Assembly (NCBI RefSeq): GCF_006345805.1
Contig: NC_042999.1
Location: 170,624,001-170,688,000 of the forward strand
Length of the DNA: 64,000 nucleotides
Direction of reading: 5' to 3'
From: Octopus sinensis
Lineage: Eukaryota
This document shows positions 49,649 through 62,366 of the stretch, one piece after another. Both the position numbers and the translations under genes were made by a program. Position 1 is the first letter of the stretch. Every line of letters begins with the position of its first letter. Under the pieces are notes generated by a model that was given only the letters and a program-made list of their open reading frames with translations, had not been told where the DNA came from and searched no databases.

Positions 49649-50008
49649 TATAAAATTAAGAGGAATGACCCCTAAAGTGGACACCTAATATGCTAAACAT
49701 AGACGTCAAATCGCCATTACCACGAAGAGTGTGTCCGCAAGAAAAATCTCAGCAACACGTTTAGTAAGTGACACTGATGATCTTGCAGATATTTACGTAA
49801 TTACATGCGTAAATATCAACAAGTGAAACGACGATACGTAGGTAATCGTTATTTATTTCGTATATTTTCATTTGTTTTGCTCATTTTTACATTTTGGCGT
49901 TTTGCTGAGATTTTTCTTGAGAACACACTCGTCGTGGTAATGGCAATTTGACGTCTATATTTAGCATATTATGTGCCCACTTTAGGGGTCATTCCTCTTA
50001 ATTTTATA
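49649..50008. repeat. Inverted repeat with ~110 bp arms (MITE, or inverted PLE pseudo-LTR)
   Basis: tataaaattaagaggaatgacccctaaagtgg..aaaatctcagcaa / ttgctgagatttt..ccactttaggggtcattcctcttaattttata. Confidence 0.85.
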
Positions 50009-50151
50009 TATAACAATTTTTAATCTTCTAATTTTTAAATACGCTAAGCCACTGGTTTTAACTGATTGATATCGATTTCTACCCTTATTATTTAATTATA
50101 TATATATATACATGCATACTTACATACATACATGCATACATATATATATGT

Positions 50152-50206
<55 letters not shown>

Positions 50207-50237
50207 ATGTATGTATATATGTATGTATATATGCATG

Positions 50238-50298
<61 letters not shown>

Positions 50299-50493
50299 AG
50301 TAGAAAAATGAAATATCTTTCTATGGATAATTCGTTTAACCGATACCTGGGTAGCAAATTCACATCAGAAATAACACGGTTGAAGTTACGTGCCTAGGGC
50401 AGAGACTACGTGTTTTCGTGTGGAAATTTGTGTGTATTTTTATAAAATTTATGAATAAACGAAGGAATGGAGTTGAACGACAAATTAACAAAT

Positions 50494-50592
50494 TTCCTTT
50501 ATTTTCGACATATGTTTCGAAGGTTGCATATTCCTAATTGTGAAGGAATAAGGAGTACATTATGCCGATTTCTCATCAGGAAAAACAAGGAA
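50494..50592 (-). ncRNA. Type I hammerhead ribozyme (left-arm copy)
   Basis: reverse complement of 51881-51979 with one stem II substitution. Confidence 0.85.
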
Positions 50593-51880
50593 TTTATGTC
50601 AACATCAAGATTCACAAAGACTTTTAGATGACTGCTCTCACGGAGCGCATAGCGATAATGATAATGAGTGTCTCTTTAATATTCCTTTATAAGGAGTGAC
50701 GTCAAACTGGTTGAATGTAGAAAATTCTAGAAGGTTCTAAAGGTTCAAGAGTTCAAACGAAGTAGGGGGAGAGAGGCCTAAGAAAAGTAAGGTGATTTGG
50801 AACAGGTCGTATGTATGGTGGGTTTTGTTAAATTCTTTTGTGAATGAGTGTCTGTGTGAGTGAATGAATATAACTGTATTAATACCTATGTGTGTGTATG
50901 TGTGTGCGTGAATGCGTATGTGGATGGGTAGATGTCAAAGAAACAGATAGTGGTGTTGTAGCAGATATGTGTCTGTGTGCTTGATTATTATAGATATAGG
51001 GAAAGAGAGAGAAAAAAAGGGAAAGAGGAGGGCGAGGTATTGGGACAAAGGCAAAATAAACCTCAATGGATTGGGTAGTATGTCTTTGAAAGACAGCAAT
51101 TCAACCTTCAAGCTGGAATGGTCCATTTTGTCGGTATCCGTTCCGTTTGACAAGGGCAGAAAAACTTGTGGCGTCTGTAATTCTGAATTTTTTCATATAT
51201 TATTCGCCAAAGTACCTTTAATAAATTCAATCGTCGATAGGTCCTACAGGTGCTTGCACTGGAGAAAACACACATTTCACTCATATGAATAATGACTAAT
51301 ATAGATAACCCCCTTGAATTTTAATTAATATATTTCCATTTATATATTTCACCCCTTTAGTTTAAAAAAAAAAATTTTATGCTTTCAAAGACATACTACC
51401 CAATCCATTGAGGTTTGTTTTGCCTTTGTCCCAATACCTCGCCCTCCTCTTTCCCTTTTTTCTCTCTCTTTCCCTATATCTATAATAATCAAGCACACAT
51501 ACACATATCTGCTACAACACCACTATCTGTTTCTTTGAAATCTACCCATCTACATACACATTCACGCACACACATACACACACATAGGTATTAATACAGT
51601 TATATTCATTCACTCACACAGACACTCATTCACAAAAGAATTTAACAAAACCCACCATACATACGACCTGTTCCAAATCACCTTACTTTTCTTAGGCCTC
51701 TCTCCCCCTACTTCGTTTGAACTCTTGAACCTTTAGAACCTTCTAGAATTTTCTACATTCAACCAGTTTGACGTCACTCCTTATAAAGGAATATTAAAGA
51801 GACACTCATTATCATTATCGCTATGCGCTCCGTGAGAGCAGTCATCTAAAAGTCTTTGTGAATCTTGATGTTGACATAAA

Positions 51881-51979
51881 TTCCTTGTTTTTCCTGATGA
51901 GAAATCGGCATAATGTACTCCTTATTCCTTCACAATTAGGAATATGCAGCCTTCGAAACATATGTCGAAAATAAAGGAA
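51881..51979 (+). ncRNA. Type I hammerhead ribozyme (right-arm copy)
   Basis: ttccttgtttttc-CTGATGA(51894-51900)-gaa..ttc-GAAA-CATATG-TC(51966)-gaaaataaaggaa. Confidence 0.87.
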
Positions 51980-52023
51980 ATTTGTTAATTTGTCGTTCAA
52001 CTCCATTCCTTCATTTATTCATA

Positions 52024-52071
<48 letters not shown>

Positions 52072-52094
52072 ATACATATATGTATATATATACA

Positions 52095-52533
52095 CAATAT
52101 TCCCTAGCTATATCGCGCTTTACCTACCGCACACTCAGTATATCGCGGGTTTCTGCATTTGATAGGTATTTATATCTTTTAGATTTTAATCATTTCTGTG
52201 GTAAAATAAGCATTTTCACGCCTAAAAATTAATAAATTAATAAATAAGTATACAGTACAGTACTGCACTCTATAACACATTAATTAAAATATATTAAAAG
52301 AAAATACGTAGTGTACCGTAGGTGTGTAAACATAGAATCGGACATACTGTATGGAAAATGAAACTCGGGAGGCGAGTGTGTGGTATTTTTTTGCATTTAT
52401 AATAAAATAAATATATACAAATTATTAACAGGATAAATAATATATACAGTACAGTACAGTTTCTACTTCGCGAATTATCTTCTATCGCGGGAGGTTTTGG
52501 AACGTAACACTCGCGATAGTCGAGGGATTACTG
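52095..52533. mobile_element. Tigger/pogo-like MITE
   Basis: CAATATTCCCTAGCTATATCGCG versus CGCGATAGTCGAGGGATTACTG followed by TA. Confidence 0.7.
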
Positions 52534-52597
52534 TATATATATGCCGGAACGCTGAAATCTACAAGTTTTTTCTACTCTCCGTTTATTTTCTCTATTC

Positions 52598-52633
52598 CTT
52601 TCTGATGAAGAGGTAAGGCTCGAAGCGTAAAAG
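52598..52633 (+). ncRNA. Minimal hammerhead-like motif with one core mutation (PLE pseudo-LTR remnant about 52545-52725)
   Basis: cttt-CTGATGA-a-gag..ctc-GAAG(instead of GAAA)C-GTA-aaag. Confidence 0.55.
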
Positions 52634-53085
52634 ACTTTTTAATTTCACCGGAGCGGCAAACTAGTACACTTGCTTGTTATTCATACATCTGTCTTCGTCT
52701 TTTGTTTTTCTATAAATTTCAACTACACACACACACACACACACGTATATGTATGCATGAATGAATGTCTGTATTATGTATGTATAAGCGACAGAAGCAG
52801 TATTAGTAACAAAAGATAGTTTTATGTCCAACTTAATGTGAATCTTTTGTCAGAACGCGGAGTACAGCGTTATTCACTTTGAGAGATTCTCTCAAGGCTA
52901 ATAATGCTGTATTCGGTGCAGATATAAACTGTAGCAGGCAAGAATCGTCTATTATGGGCGCAAAAACTTCTATAATAAGAGTTACTGCACCCATAACAGA
53001 CGATTCTGTCTGCGCTTGTATTGGACCATGCGTCTATGTCCGAGAATCTGCTAAGGCTAATAAAGCAACGTGCATATATATATAT

Positions 53086-53160
<75 letters not shown>

Positions 53161-53195
53161 TATAGATAGATATATATATATACACACAGATATAC

Positions 53196-53226
<31 letters not shown>

Positions 53227-54224
53227 TACCTATATAAATATAGATAAGCTTGTACGTACACATACTCACACGAGTATACAGTCACAAAGTTTAGATATTT
53301 CATACTGTCTGACCCTGTCTATAAATAATGAGGTATTTATTTGAATTGAAAGAGTGGGCTACATTTTAAGAACAAAGGCGTGGTTAAAAAGGGAAAAGCA
53401 GTATTTTCTTTATTTCATACAATTTTAAACAAAATATCACATGATAATATTACATTTACAAATCAAGAACTGCATTCTCAGCTGTTATTGCTAAACTTTC
53501 TGGTGTCTTTTATTTGATTTCTTTAATTTTCATGCTGTAATATTCGTGTTCGTCAACCATTTTCTATATTTCAATATAACTGTTCGCACCGATGTAAGGT
53601 GAAGATTAAAAAAAATATATAGTTATGAGAGCGGAGTAGACAGAAAAATTGGAAAAATAAATGAGGGTTTGGCTTGTTTCGATATCATGATCTCCTTATC
53701 ACAGTAGTAAAATGAAATGATCTTTATTGAAAATCTTGATATTTTTTTATTTTCTTACTGCTTCATTTCTATAGTATAAATGAAATGCATATATTAACCC
53801 TTTGGCTTCAGAAAGAAAAAAAAAGCAGTCGATAGGCGTTATGTCTTTTTTTTTTTACATATTTCGTACTGGGATGATGTTTTTTAATGTATGTAATAAA
53901 AATAAAACATCATGATAGGATAAAGAGAAAAAATAATTTTCAACAAAAATAAATAGGAAATTGATTCTCAGTGACATTATGTTAGCACACGCTCATAGTT
54001 TGCCTCTTACAAATGCAAGTGCGCATTTACCCACTTGTTCATGCTCAGACGTTCACAAACTCATACAGCTCCTTCACACAAACATGTTACTCGAAATATA
54101 TACACATATATGCGTGTTCCTATTATATGGATACAAAATGATAGATTGCTGGACATATACACACATATATACATAACACACACATACATCATAAGAGAAT
54201 TTGTGCATAAGCCGGTGCTATATA

Positions 54225-54660
54225 TGTACGTATGTATATACTTGTGTATAATTATGTCTGCTTGCATATATCTATTTCTGTGTGTATACATGAGAATATG
54301 TATGTATGTATGCATGTATGTATGTATGTATGTATGTATGTATGCATACATGTATGTATGTATTTATGTATGTATGCATGCATGTATGCATGTTTGTATG
54401 TATGTATGTATGCATGCATGTATGTATGCATATATGTATGTATGTATGTATGCATGCATGCATGCATGTATGTATGCTTGCATGTATGTATGTATGCATG
54501 TATGTATGTATGTATGTATGCATGCATGTATGTATGCATATATGTATGTATGTTTGTATGTATGTATATATGTATATATATAGACACATATATACATATA
54601 TACACATGCTTATAGTATTCATATTATTCTGTAGGTGTGTGTGTGTGTGTGTGTGTGTGT
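54225..54660. repeat. (TATG)n/(CATG)n/(TG)n microsatellite
   Basis: direct reading. Confidence 0.95.
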
Positions 54661-55022
54661 AACTTTGCATGTATGTTTTCGTTTTCTTTCGCCTCTATTC
54701 ATACATATGTACTGCAGAAATATGCTTTGATAATGATGCGTGTGCATCCATTACTGTTTATGCGTTGTATGATTGCCTGTGCATATATCCTTGCATGAAT
54801 GTGTGAGTGTGTGCGCGTGTGTGCATGTGTAGGAGTATCCTTAACATTATAGCAAGTTTAAATTAATAAGAAATAACATGATGTCACATTTTTATTTCCT
54901 CCGTAATGTAATATTGCTACAAAATCCTATTTTATATTAATCTCTCTACTTTTTTTGTTGATAATGCTTCTCCTGTAGAATTATACATCGTTGGATTTTC
55001 ATTTATCAGTTTGTCTTATGAA

Positions 55023-55059
<37 letters not shown>

Positions 55060-55387
55060 AAGCACAAGCACGTGTGTTTACATCTATGCGCTTACATACA
55101 CACTCCATGCATACATACATACGCGCATGTATATATATGTGTGTGCAACAGATATTCAGTCATATTTAGCTTATAAACACATGCATACACGAAATGATAT
55201 TTATAGCACTAATACATACCCACCAAACTTAACTTAATTCAGTTCTGCGGTTTATGAATAAAGTCAATGAAAGACTTTAAAAAACTATAGAAAGACAAAG
55301 AAAAAATAACAAAATATATACTTCAAAAAATAGGAATAAGATCATCTTTGATCAGTGAATATATATTAATACTTAAGAGATGAAAAT

Positions 55388-55445
<58 letters not shown>

Positions 55446-56699
55446 GGCGGCAACAAAAACTGAACACTAACCACATCATCATCACCATTAACAACAACAA
55501 TAATAGCAATAAAAAATATAATAATAATAACCATGATAATAATAATAGTGGTAAACATGGCGAGAAGAACCATAATAACGACAATAAAAACAGCCGCAAG
55601 AACAAGAAAAACAACATCAACGATGACAACACAATAATCATAAGAATTATAGTTTGAAGTTGAACAAAAGGAAACATCAAAAGAAAAAAAAATCAAAATT
55701 GCAAGTAATGACTATCATCTCCGAATAGAAATAACATTTATTTAGATCATATTAAATTTCTTCAGAATATTTGCAAGACATAACACCGAATCTATTTTCA
55801 TGAGAATTGTGAATAAAAATGCCGAAAAAGAGAGAGAACTTTAGTATATAGATGCTATCTTTTTTTATCTTTGCATTATATATTCGATATTGTATTTAAT
55901 GAAAATAAAATATGTGCTGTATGTTGTGACCTTTTTGAGGAATACGTGTCGAATTTGTAAATCGCGGGCGATAACTCTTCCATTCTGGTTTTAAAAATTC
56001 TACTTACTTTAACTTGTTAATGCTATTAAGAAAGGTACTCAAAACCATAAAATCATGTAATCATAATTCACTCTCTCCTGAATTCATCTAAATGCACGTG
56101 CTTTTGTGAGAAATATTTGCCGCTTCCTCACTTTTGCTGAAGGAAAACCAAAGTCGGTTGAAACATGAGCAGAGCGTCAGACATCGCCTGGACGAAAGTT
56201 ATTGTCATGAAAGTGAGTGTGTGTGTTAGTATCTACTGCGAAAATATCTGCTCATATCTGTGTGGATGTATGTGTATGTATACAAATGCATACATATATG
56301 CATGGCATCTTGGGCAAGTGTCTGTAGCATCAGATCAACCCAAGTCTTGCGAGAGATATTGGAAAACTGTGTGGAAGCGTGAATGGTGGTTTATAACTAA
56401 TTCAAAGAACCATTCTTGTCACTCAATGTATCCAACTGACTCTACTTGTGGATTGCAATAAGTATGCAAATGCCTTCCTCCGTAAGAAACAATATCTCCT
56501 AGACCTCATCCAACATAATATTGGCAGTGATATCTACCAAAACTGCGTCATTTTGATGATATTTTATATGCTCTTGGAGAAAGCCACAAAACAGATGCCA
56601 TGCATCGTAGCTTCAGCAAATCTTATTGACAAGAGTATTTTGCTGTGGACTAGGGTATTTTGTCAAAATGGAACCCGTTGAAAGCTACTTACAGTGGAT

Positions 56700-57540
56700 T
56701 AAATTTTTCTGGCGAGCAGAACATAGCATGGTATCGTGGATGGTTATTCAAGATCAGCAAACATTATTAGAGGTGTCTCTCTGAGTGCTGCGTTTGACTT
56801 ACTCTTCTCGTAGCATCAAATAATATCAGAAGTAATATAAACTGTAACGTAAAACATAAGCATCAACAATAAAGCCAATCCTGGACTGTAGAATGTGCTC
56901 AAGGATTTCTGTAACTTTCCAGTCTCAACCTCATGGTGTCATTATTCGTCTCTTTTCTGTGTATATTCGCTCTTTGAAAACTGTTTTGAATACATTTTCA
57001 GTAACTGCTGCACACTGTAACCTCTCTATAAAAACAAAACATTATAAGAAGTGAAGCAATGCAGCAGTAAATCTCTCACGGAAAATGTTATCTCAGGCCT
57101 TGGCCATTGGGATTGCTTCAAAATGCTGAAGCCCTGTACACCATACTGCCATAGAGAACTACACCATTTATGCAATGTATTAAGAGAAGGTACTGTATCA
57201 ACATTGCTTAAACAATGCTGGTATGAAGTTCAGACTTCCTATGTATGAACATTTATCAACAAGTTTGAGTTATACATACATACATATATACAGACATAAA
57301 TACACACATACATAAATACACACATACATACATACATACATACATACATACATACATACATACATACATACATACATACATACATACATACATACATACA
57401 TACATAAAGATTACTGTTTGAACATTCCAGTAGAAATAGCAATCCATTGTATGAAGAACATACCAGATATAGTTGTATAGGACAAGAAGCAAACGTTGGG
57501 TACCGTTGTAGAGATCAGTTAATTTACTGCATCGAATACC
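56700..57540 (+). pseudogene. Decayed R4/Dong-type (restriction-like endonuclease) LINE remnant
   Basis: VIQDQQ at about 56742, CRMC at about 56887, NIPVEIAIHCMKNIPDIVV.DKKQTLGTVVEIS at 57421-57519. Confidence 0.5.
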
Positions 57541-57569
57541 CAAATTGTGAAGAATTATATAAAGGTCAA

Positions 57570-57786
57570 ACTGGAAAATGCACTACCAGAACGTTTACGT
57601 TGCAACGGATATCAAATTAGAGATCCAGATGTCCGTCAGATACCTTTGAATAACCATCTGGTAACATGCGTTCGGAAAATATTTATATTTCCATTCTACA
57701 AACTACACAGTCCAAGTGAAATTGAAAGAAAAATCGGAGAAAAGAATTTTATTAATAAATTCCAACCCAAGCTAAATAGACTATAA
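57570..57786 (+). pseudogene. PLE GIY-YIG C-terminal fragment
   Basis: QIRDPDVRQIPLNNHLVTC..IFPFYKL..EKNFINKFQPKLN, parallel to the end of ORF 45063-45413. Confidence 0.7.
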
Positions 57787-60625
57787 TACTAATACTTAGA
57801 GGTACTATTTCTACTACTACGACCACTACCACTAACACTAACAACCATTAACAACAACATACTAAAGGTGCTCATTATGATGGTAGCAGGAAAATACTAG
57901 CTACGTCAAGAGAAAAGTCAGTAAAAATTATATTACCACAGCTACTCCTACCACCTTCACCCCCACCAACAACAACGACAACAGCAATAAAGGAGATGAT
58001 AATGATGACGATGATAATTGAAATGTAAAAATCCCCGGGAAATGTTTACAACATTTCTAAAAGTAGGACCAACAATTACTGCTTTCACCAGGGTCAAAAC
58101 ACAGGCTTCTTGACATGTTCAACAAACCGTGACGCCTAAACCAAACACAAATCAACTTAAGTAATTTAGGAAAATCACACACTGACTGGTCAAAATACAG
58201 TTTGCAAAAATTAACATTTCTGGAACCTATACAAATGTATTTAAGGCACACAGTTTAGCCATCTCGCCACAGTTGTAAATTGTAAAACATAGCTGTTACC
58301 ACTACTACAGGAACTTGAAGATTGCTTAGTTTAATGCATGAAAGTGCTAGTGCAATCACAAAGGACATTTAATATTCTACAACTTCATTAAACCATATTA
58401 TCTTATATTATATTATTATAAGATTGTAAATAAAACGTGAAAATCAAAGTTGGAATTCCTTTGAGTAATATATTCTTCTATACACAGACACACATGTATA
58501 TATATATATATATACATGCACAATATATACATAAACACACACACACACATAGATATACACACACACACACTCTGAAGAAAAATATGGGTGCAAGATTTGA
58601 TAATATTCTTGTCCAATTGAACCTCAAAAAGTACAAGACAGGGAGTGGAAACTTAAAAATAATGCAATGTAGCTGCATGAACATGAATATATGAAAAATT
58701 AACATCAGATTTTCAAAAGTGTAGGATATTTGTTATATACAGATAGAGATGATAATTCTAGTGACATACTTTAAGAATTCAGTAAATAAAACTTAATGGT
58801 GTGAAATGATTATTGTTTTAGTTTTCCCCATCTGCATTTGTTTAATATTTTGTGTTTAGAAAATTCCAATTATGACTGTAATATTTTTGGGACTTTTCTA
58901 GTGTGGCTTTCTCCGTCTAGTCCACTAATTTTACAGAAAATTTATAATAAATAATATGTAAGAAATATGTACTTAGAAGTTTCATTTCAAGTAAAATTTT
59001 ATCATACTTAAAAGTAATAATATGGTAAATGCAAATTCATCTAAATGTGATTGGAAATTAAATGTAATGCGCATGATTGCAAAATAAAAGTAATTAAATT
59101 AATGCACATGAAGTGACTAAGAAATTGAAGGACAAAGTATCATGAGTATGAGTCTGTTTTAAGGCCAAATGCGCAAGGAAGAAATGAATAATGACGTGGC
59201 GAAAGCAAATAATGACACAAAAATTACACGATCACAGAATTTAAGAACATTGACATTGATAATAGGTATAAAAAGTGATGTTAATGATGAGATTTATACA
59301 ATAAGATTAAATAAATCAAAGTATTTTGAAAAAAAAAACAAAAAACAAAACAAAAAACCAAATATCAGCGTTATGTTCGCACATAAATAAACTGAAAATC
59401 TTTAATTAGAACTCTGATTTAAAAGCAATGATAATTTCAAAATCAAAGAATTTATATAAAAATTCATTTTATATGCGATTACTCTTAAATTTGATTCCTT
59501 TTAGCTTCATAACTTTTTCTACTTAGCCAAATTTGACGAGGGTTTTAGAATTTGATTACTCGCACTAAGATCTCTTATTTGAACTTCAACAATTTCTGCT
59601 ATAAATTAGAGGTATGATGGTTTTAAATACGACATTAGTCGTTACTTTTATACAAATTTGTCCACTTTTTGCACAATAAATTTCTACTGCATCAACTTTG
59701 ACATGACTTTAATAATTAAACACCAAGTATTGAACTCTTAATTATAGTAAATATATTTTTACATCACAGAGACATAGTGTTTTAAAGATGGCACAGGGCG
59801 TTATTTCTTTTCTGATAATTTCTTATCCTTTAATTTTTTTCTTTAATGAGGCAATTTTGATGTGGTTTTCAAAATTGTTACAAAACTACTTAAGAAATAC
59901 TGTAACTATATCGCTTACAAGTTGCACTTACGTACTGAAAAACCTCAGAAAAAAAGTGAAAAATCAGAAAACGGAAAAGAGAAAATAAGCAGAAAGGAAG
60001 TACGAGGTACAAGTATCCAAGGAGGTGGAGTAGTGGTTATGATGGGAACAAAGTTATATAAGCTTCAAACACAAAAGGAATATGAAGGAAGTAATAGCAA
60101 ATTATTATGCCAATAAAATGTCAGTTAAACTTCAATCAGCTTAAATAGTATAATACCCCTGGAAGTAACATTCTTAAAGAATTTTGGCCGCATTACCTAG
60201 ACATAGGCAAACTGTTTCGAGAAGCAGACCGCATGGAACATGATTCATCATTAGATAGGTCATGTTATTAAAATAAATTCAATATGTTTTGTTACAAGCA
60301 GATTGTCCATGATTGGTCTTGACTGTTATGCCTTCAAAAATATGAATTTACTTGCTAATCGTTAGTAATGCCGTCAAGCTGCAGATCATAATTTGTTTCG
60401 AGAGAAATATTCGTGCTATTCAAATATATTGTAGATATAGTTGAGTGGTGGAAGTGATATATATTTTATTAAACACATTAAACGCAAGAGGAAAAGACAA
60501 AACCAACATCAATATAACAACATTAACGGCTTAAGTAATAAAGTAATCGTAAATCTGATAATAATGATGATGATGATGATGATGAAGATGATGATGATGA
60601 TAATGATGATGATGATGACAATAAT

Positions 60626-60965
60626 AAATGCCCTGATGCAGTACCAGGCAGTGGCTCTCGCGGCTTCTGATCTTAACTGATTGGAAGTGTTATCATGTAC
60701 ATTGTTTTGTCTTGGTATAAAAGATGGGCTACAGCAAATATTCTGCTCAATACCATAGATTTGCTTGTCAGTTGCTTGACCTTAACCAGTTGAGCATGTC
60801 ATTTAGTGTCTGACAATATGTGCATCTCTGATCACGAGTAGAAGTAGTGGGGAGCATCATAGCCATGTGTTGAGAGGCATTCTTTGGGGTTTGAATAATT
60901 CACGTCCGGAAACATGGGTGTTTCGTTCAACATCCTTAAACAACCCTTATTCAGGGACCTTTTGA
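60626..60965 (-). repeat. Partial third copy of the 22691/23255 repeat
   Basis: reverse complement of about 23470-23807; adjoins (ATG)n/(AAT)n. Confidence 0.9.
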
Positions 60966-61392
60966 TAGCTAAAAAGAACGGATAGTAGGTAGCAAGCCCG
61001 CTATGCATGCAAGACTCCAGGAACTCCAATAAAACTTGTGATAAAGCGAAATAATAATAAGAATAACAATAATTAACAGTATGGTAGATATTGTTAGCAT
61101 ATGAAAAGTTGAGAGTATATCAATTTCTTCCTGGAATGTGTTGCTCACGACTGTGGGATAGGAAAGTTGGTTGGCACTTCATATAAAGGTGTGTTGCTCT
61201 GGGGAGAATTGTGGGTGAGTTAGGTGATAAGTTTGAAAGCTAAATGAAGTTGTTCAATTTGTAAGAGAGCTTTATTGATAATCTGTGCAAATGAATGGGA
61301 TGTGATTATCTTTAACTATTCAGATTTGTAATCAATAAATTTAAATGATCATGAATGTATATGCATATATTTATCTATAGCCATCCATCAGT

Positions 61393-61529
61393 TTATGTAT
61401 GTAAGTATGTATGTATGTATGTATGTATGTATGTATGTATGTATGTATGTATGTATGTATGTATGTATGTATGTATGTATGTATGTATGTATGTATGTAT
61501 GTATGTATGTATGTATGTATGTATGTCGG

Positions 61530-61587
<58 letters not shown>

Positions 61588-61814
61588 CCTATTTATCTAT
61601 CTATCTATCTATTTAGCTATCTATCTCGCTATAAATACGCATTATATATATATATATATATAAATGCATACAAGTATACATACACATATGCATATAAATG
61701 TAAATATATATATATGTACCTGTTTCTGCAGATGTTTATGTTTGTATTTATCTCTCTCACGCTCTGTTTCTGTCTCTGTCTCTCTTCTCTCTCTTCTCTG
61801 TCTCTGTCTGTCAG

Positions 61815-61875
<61 letters not shown>

Positions 61876-61880
61876 CACGT
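61393..61880. repeat. (TATG)n(TATC)n(TA)n(TC)n compound microsatellite
   Basis: direct reading. Confidence 0.95.
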
Positions 61881-62366
61881 ATAAATACCTGCATTTATTC
61901 TTTGTATGTGTATAGACGTTACCATATTTACAAATATTTGACCAACTCATAACCATAGCTCACCTTACGTGTGTAGAAATTTAACCTATGAACTAGAATA
62001 ATTACCCATCCCAGATTTTTAATCCACTTATTACACTTCCGGTTAAGAACTCTTGCTCAAAGCAGTGCGAATGTCATACCCAATAACTTACCATTCCTCC
62101 AAAAGTTCATTGAAAGCTATTGATCATAAATCTGAACTGAATTAAAGATTGTCAAAACTCATACATTAACACACATCATAAACTTCTCTTACAAGTTATA
62201 CAACTTTAAACTTGTTTTCAAAGATATTTAAAACCTAACCTGCACATATGCTTCAATAAACTGCCAGCAATTTCTCCTCTGCCTTAGTCATAAACTATCC
62301 AACCAGCGGCGAAACTCAGAGTTGACCGCAAAAGTTTGATCTAATTAATACACATAGATATACATA

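Larger units (their letters stand above)
50297..52032 (+). mobile_element. 5'-truncated Penelope-like element with inverted pseudo-LTR (arms 50441-51092 and 51382-52032)
   Basis: ~650 bp near-perfect inverted repeat; the centre encodes a PLE EN C-terminus LKDSNSTFKLEWSIL..PFDKGRKTCGVCNSE..RCLHWRKH (51086-51292); (TA)n at both ends. Confidence 0.88.

Noticed and set aside
52800-62300. A second host gene in the distal region
   Set aside because: No spliceable exons with recognisable protein motifs found; small or UTR exons cannot be excluded by eye
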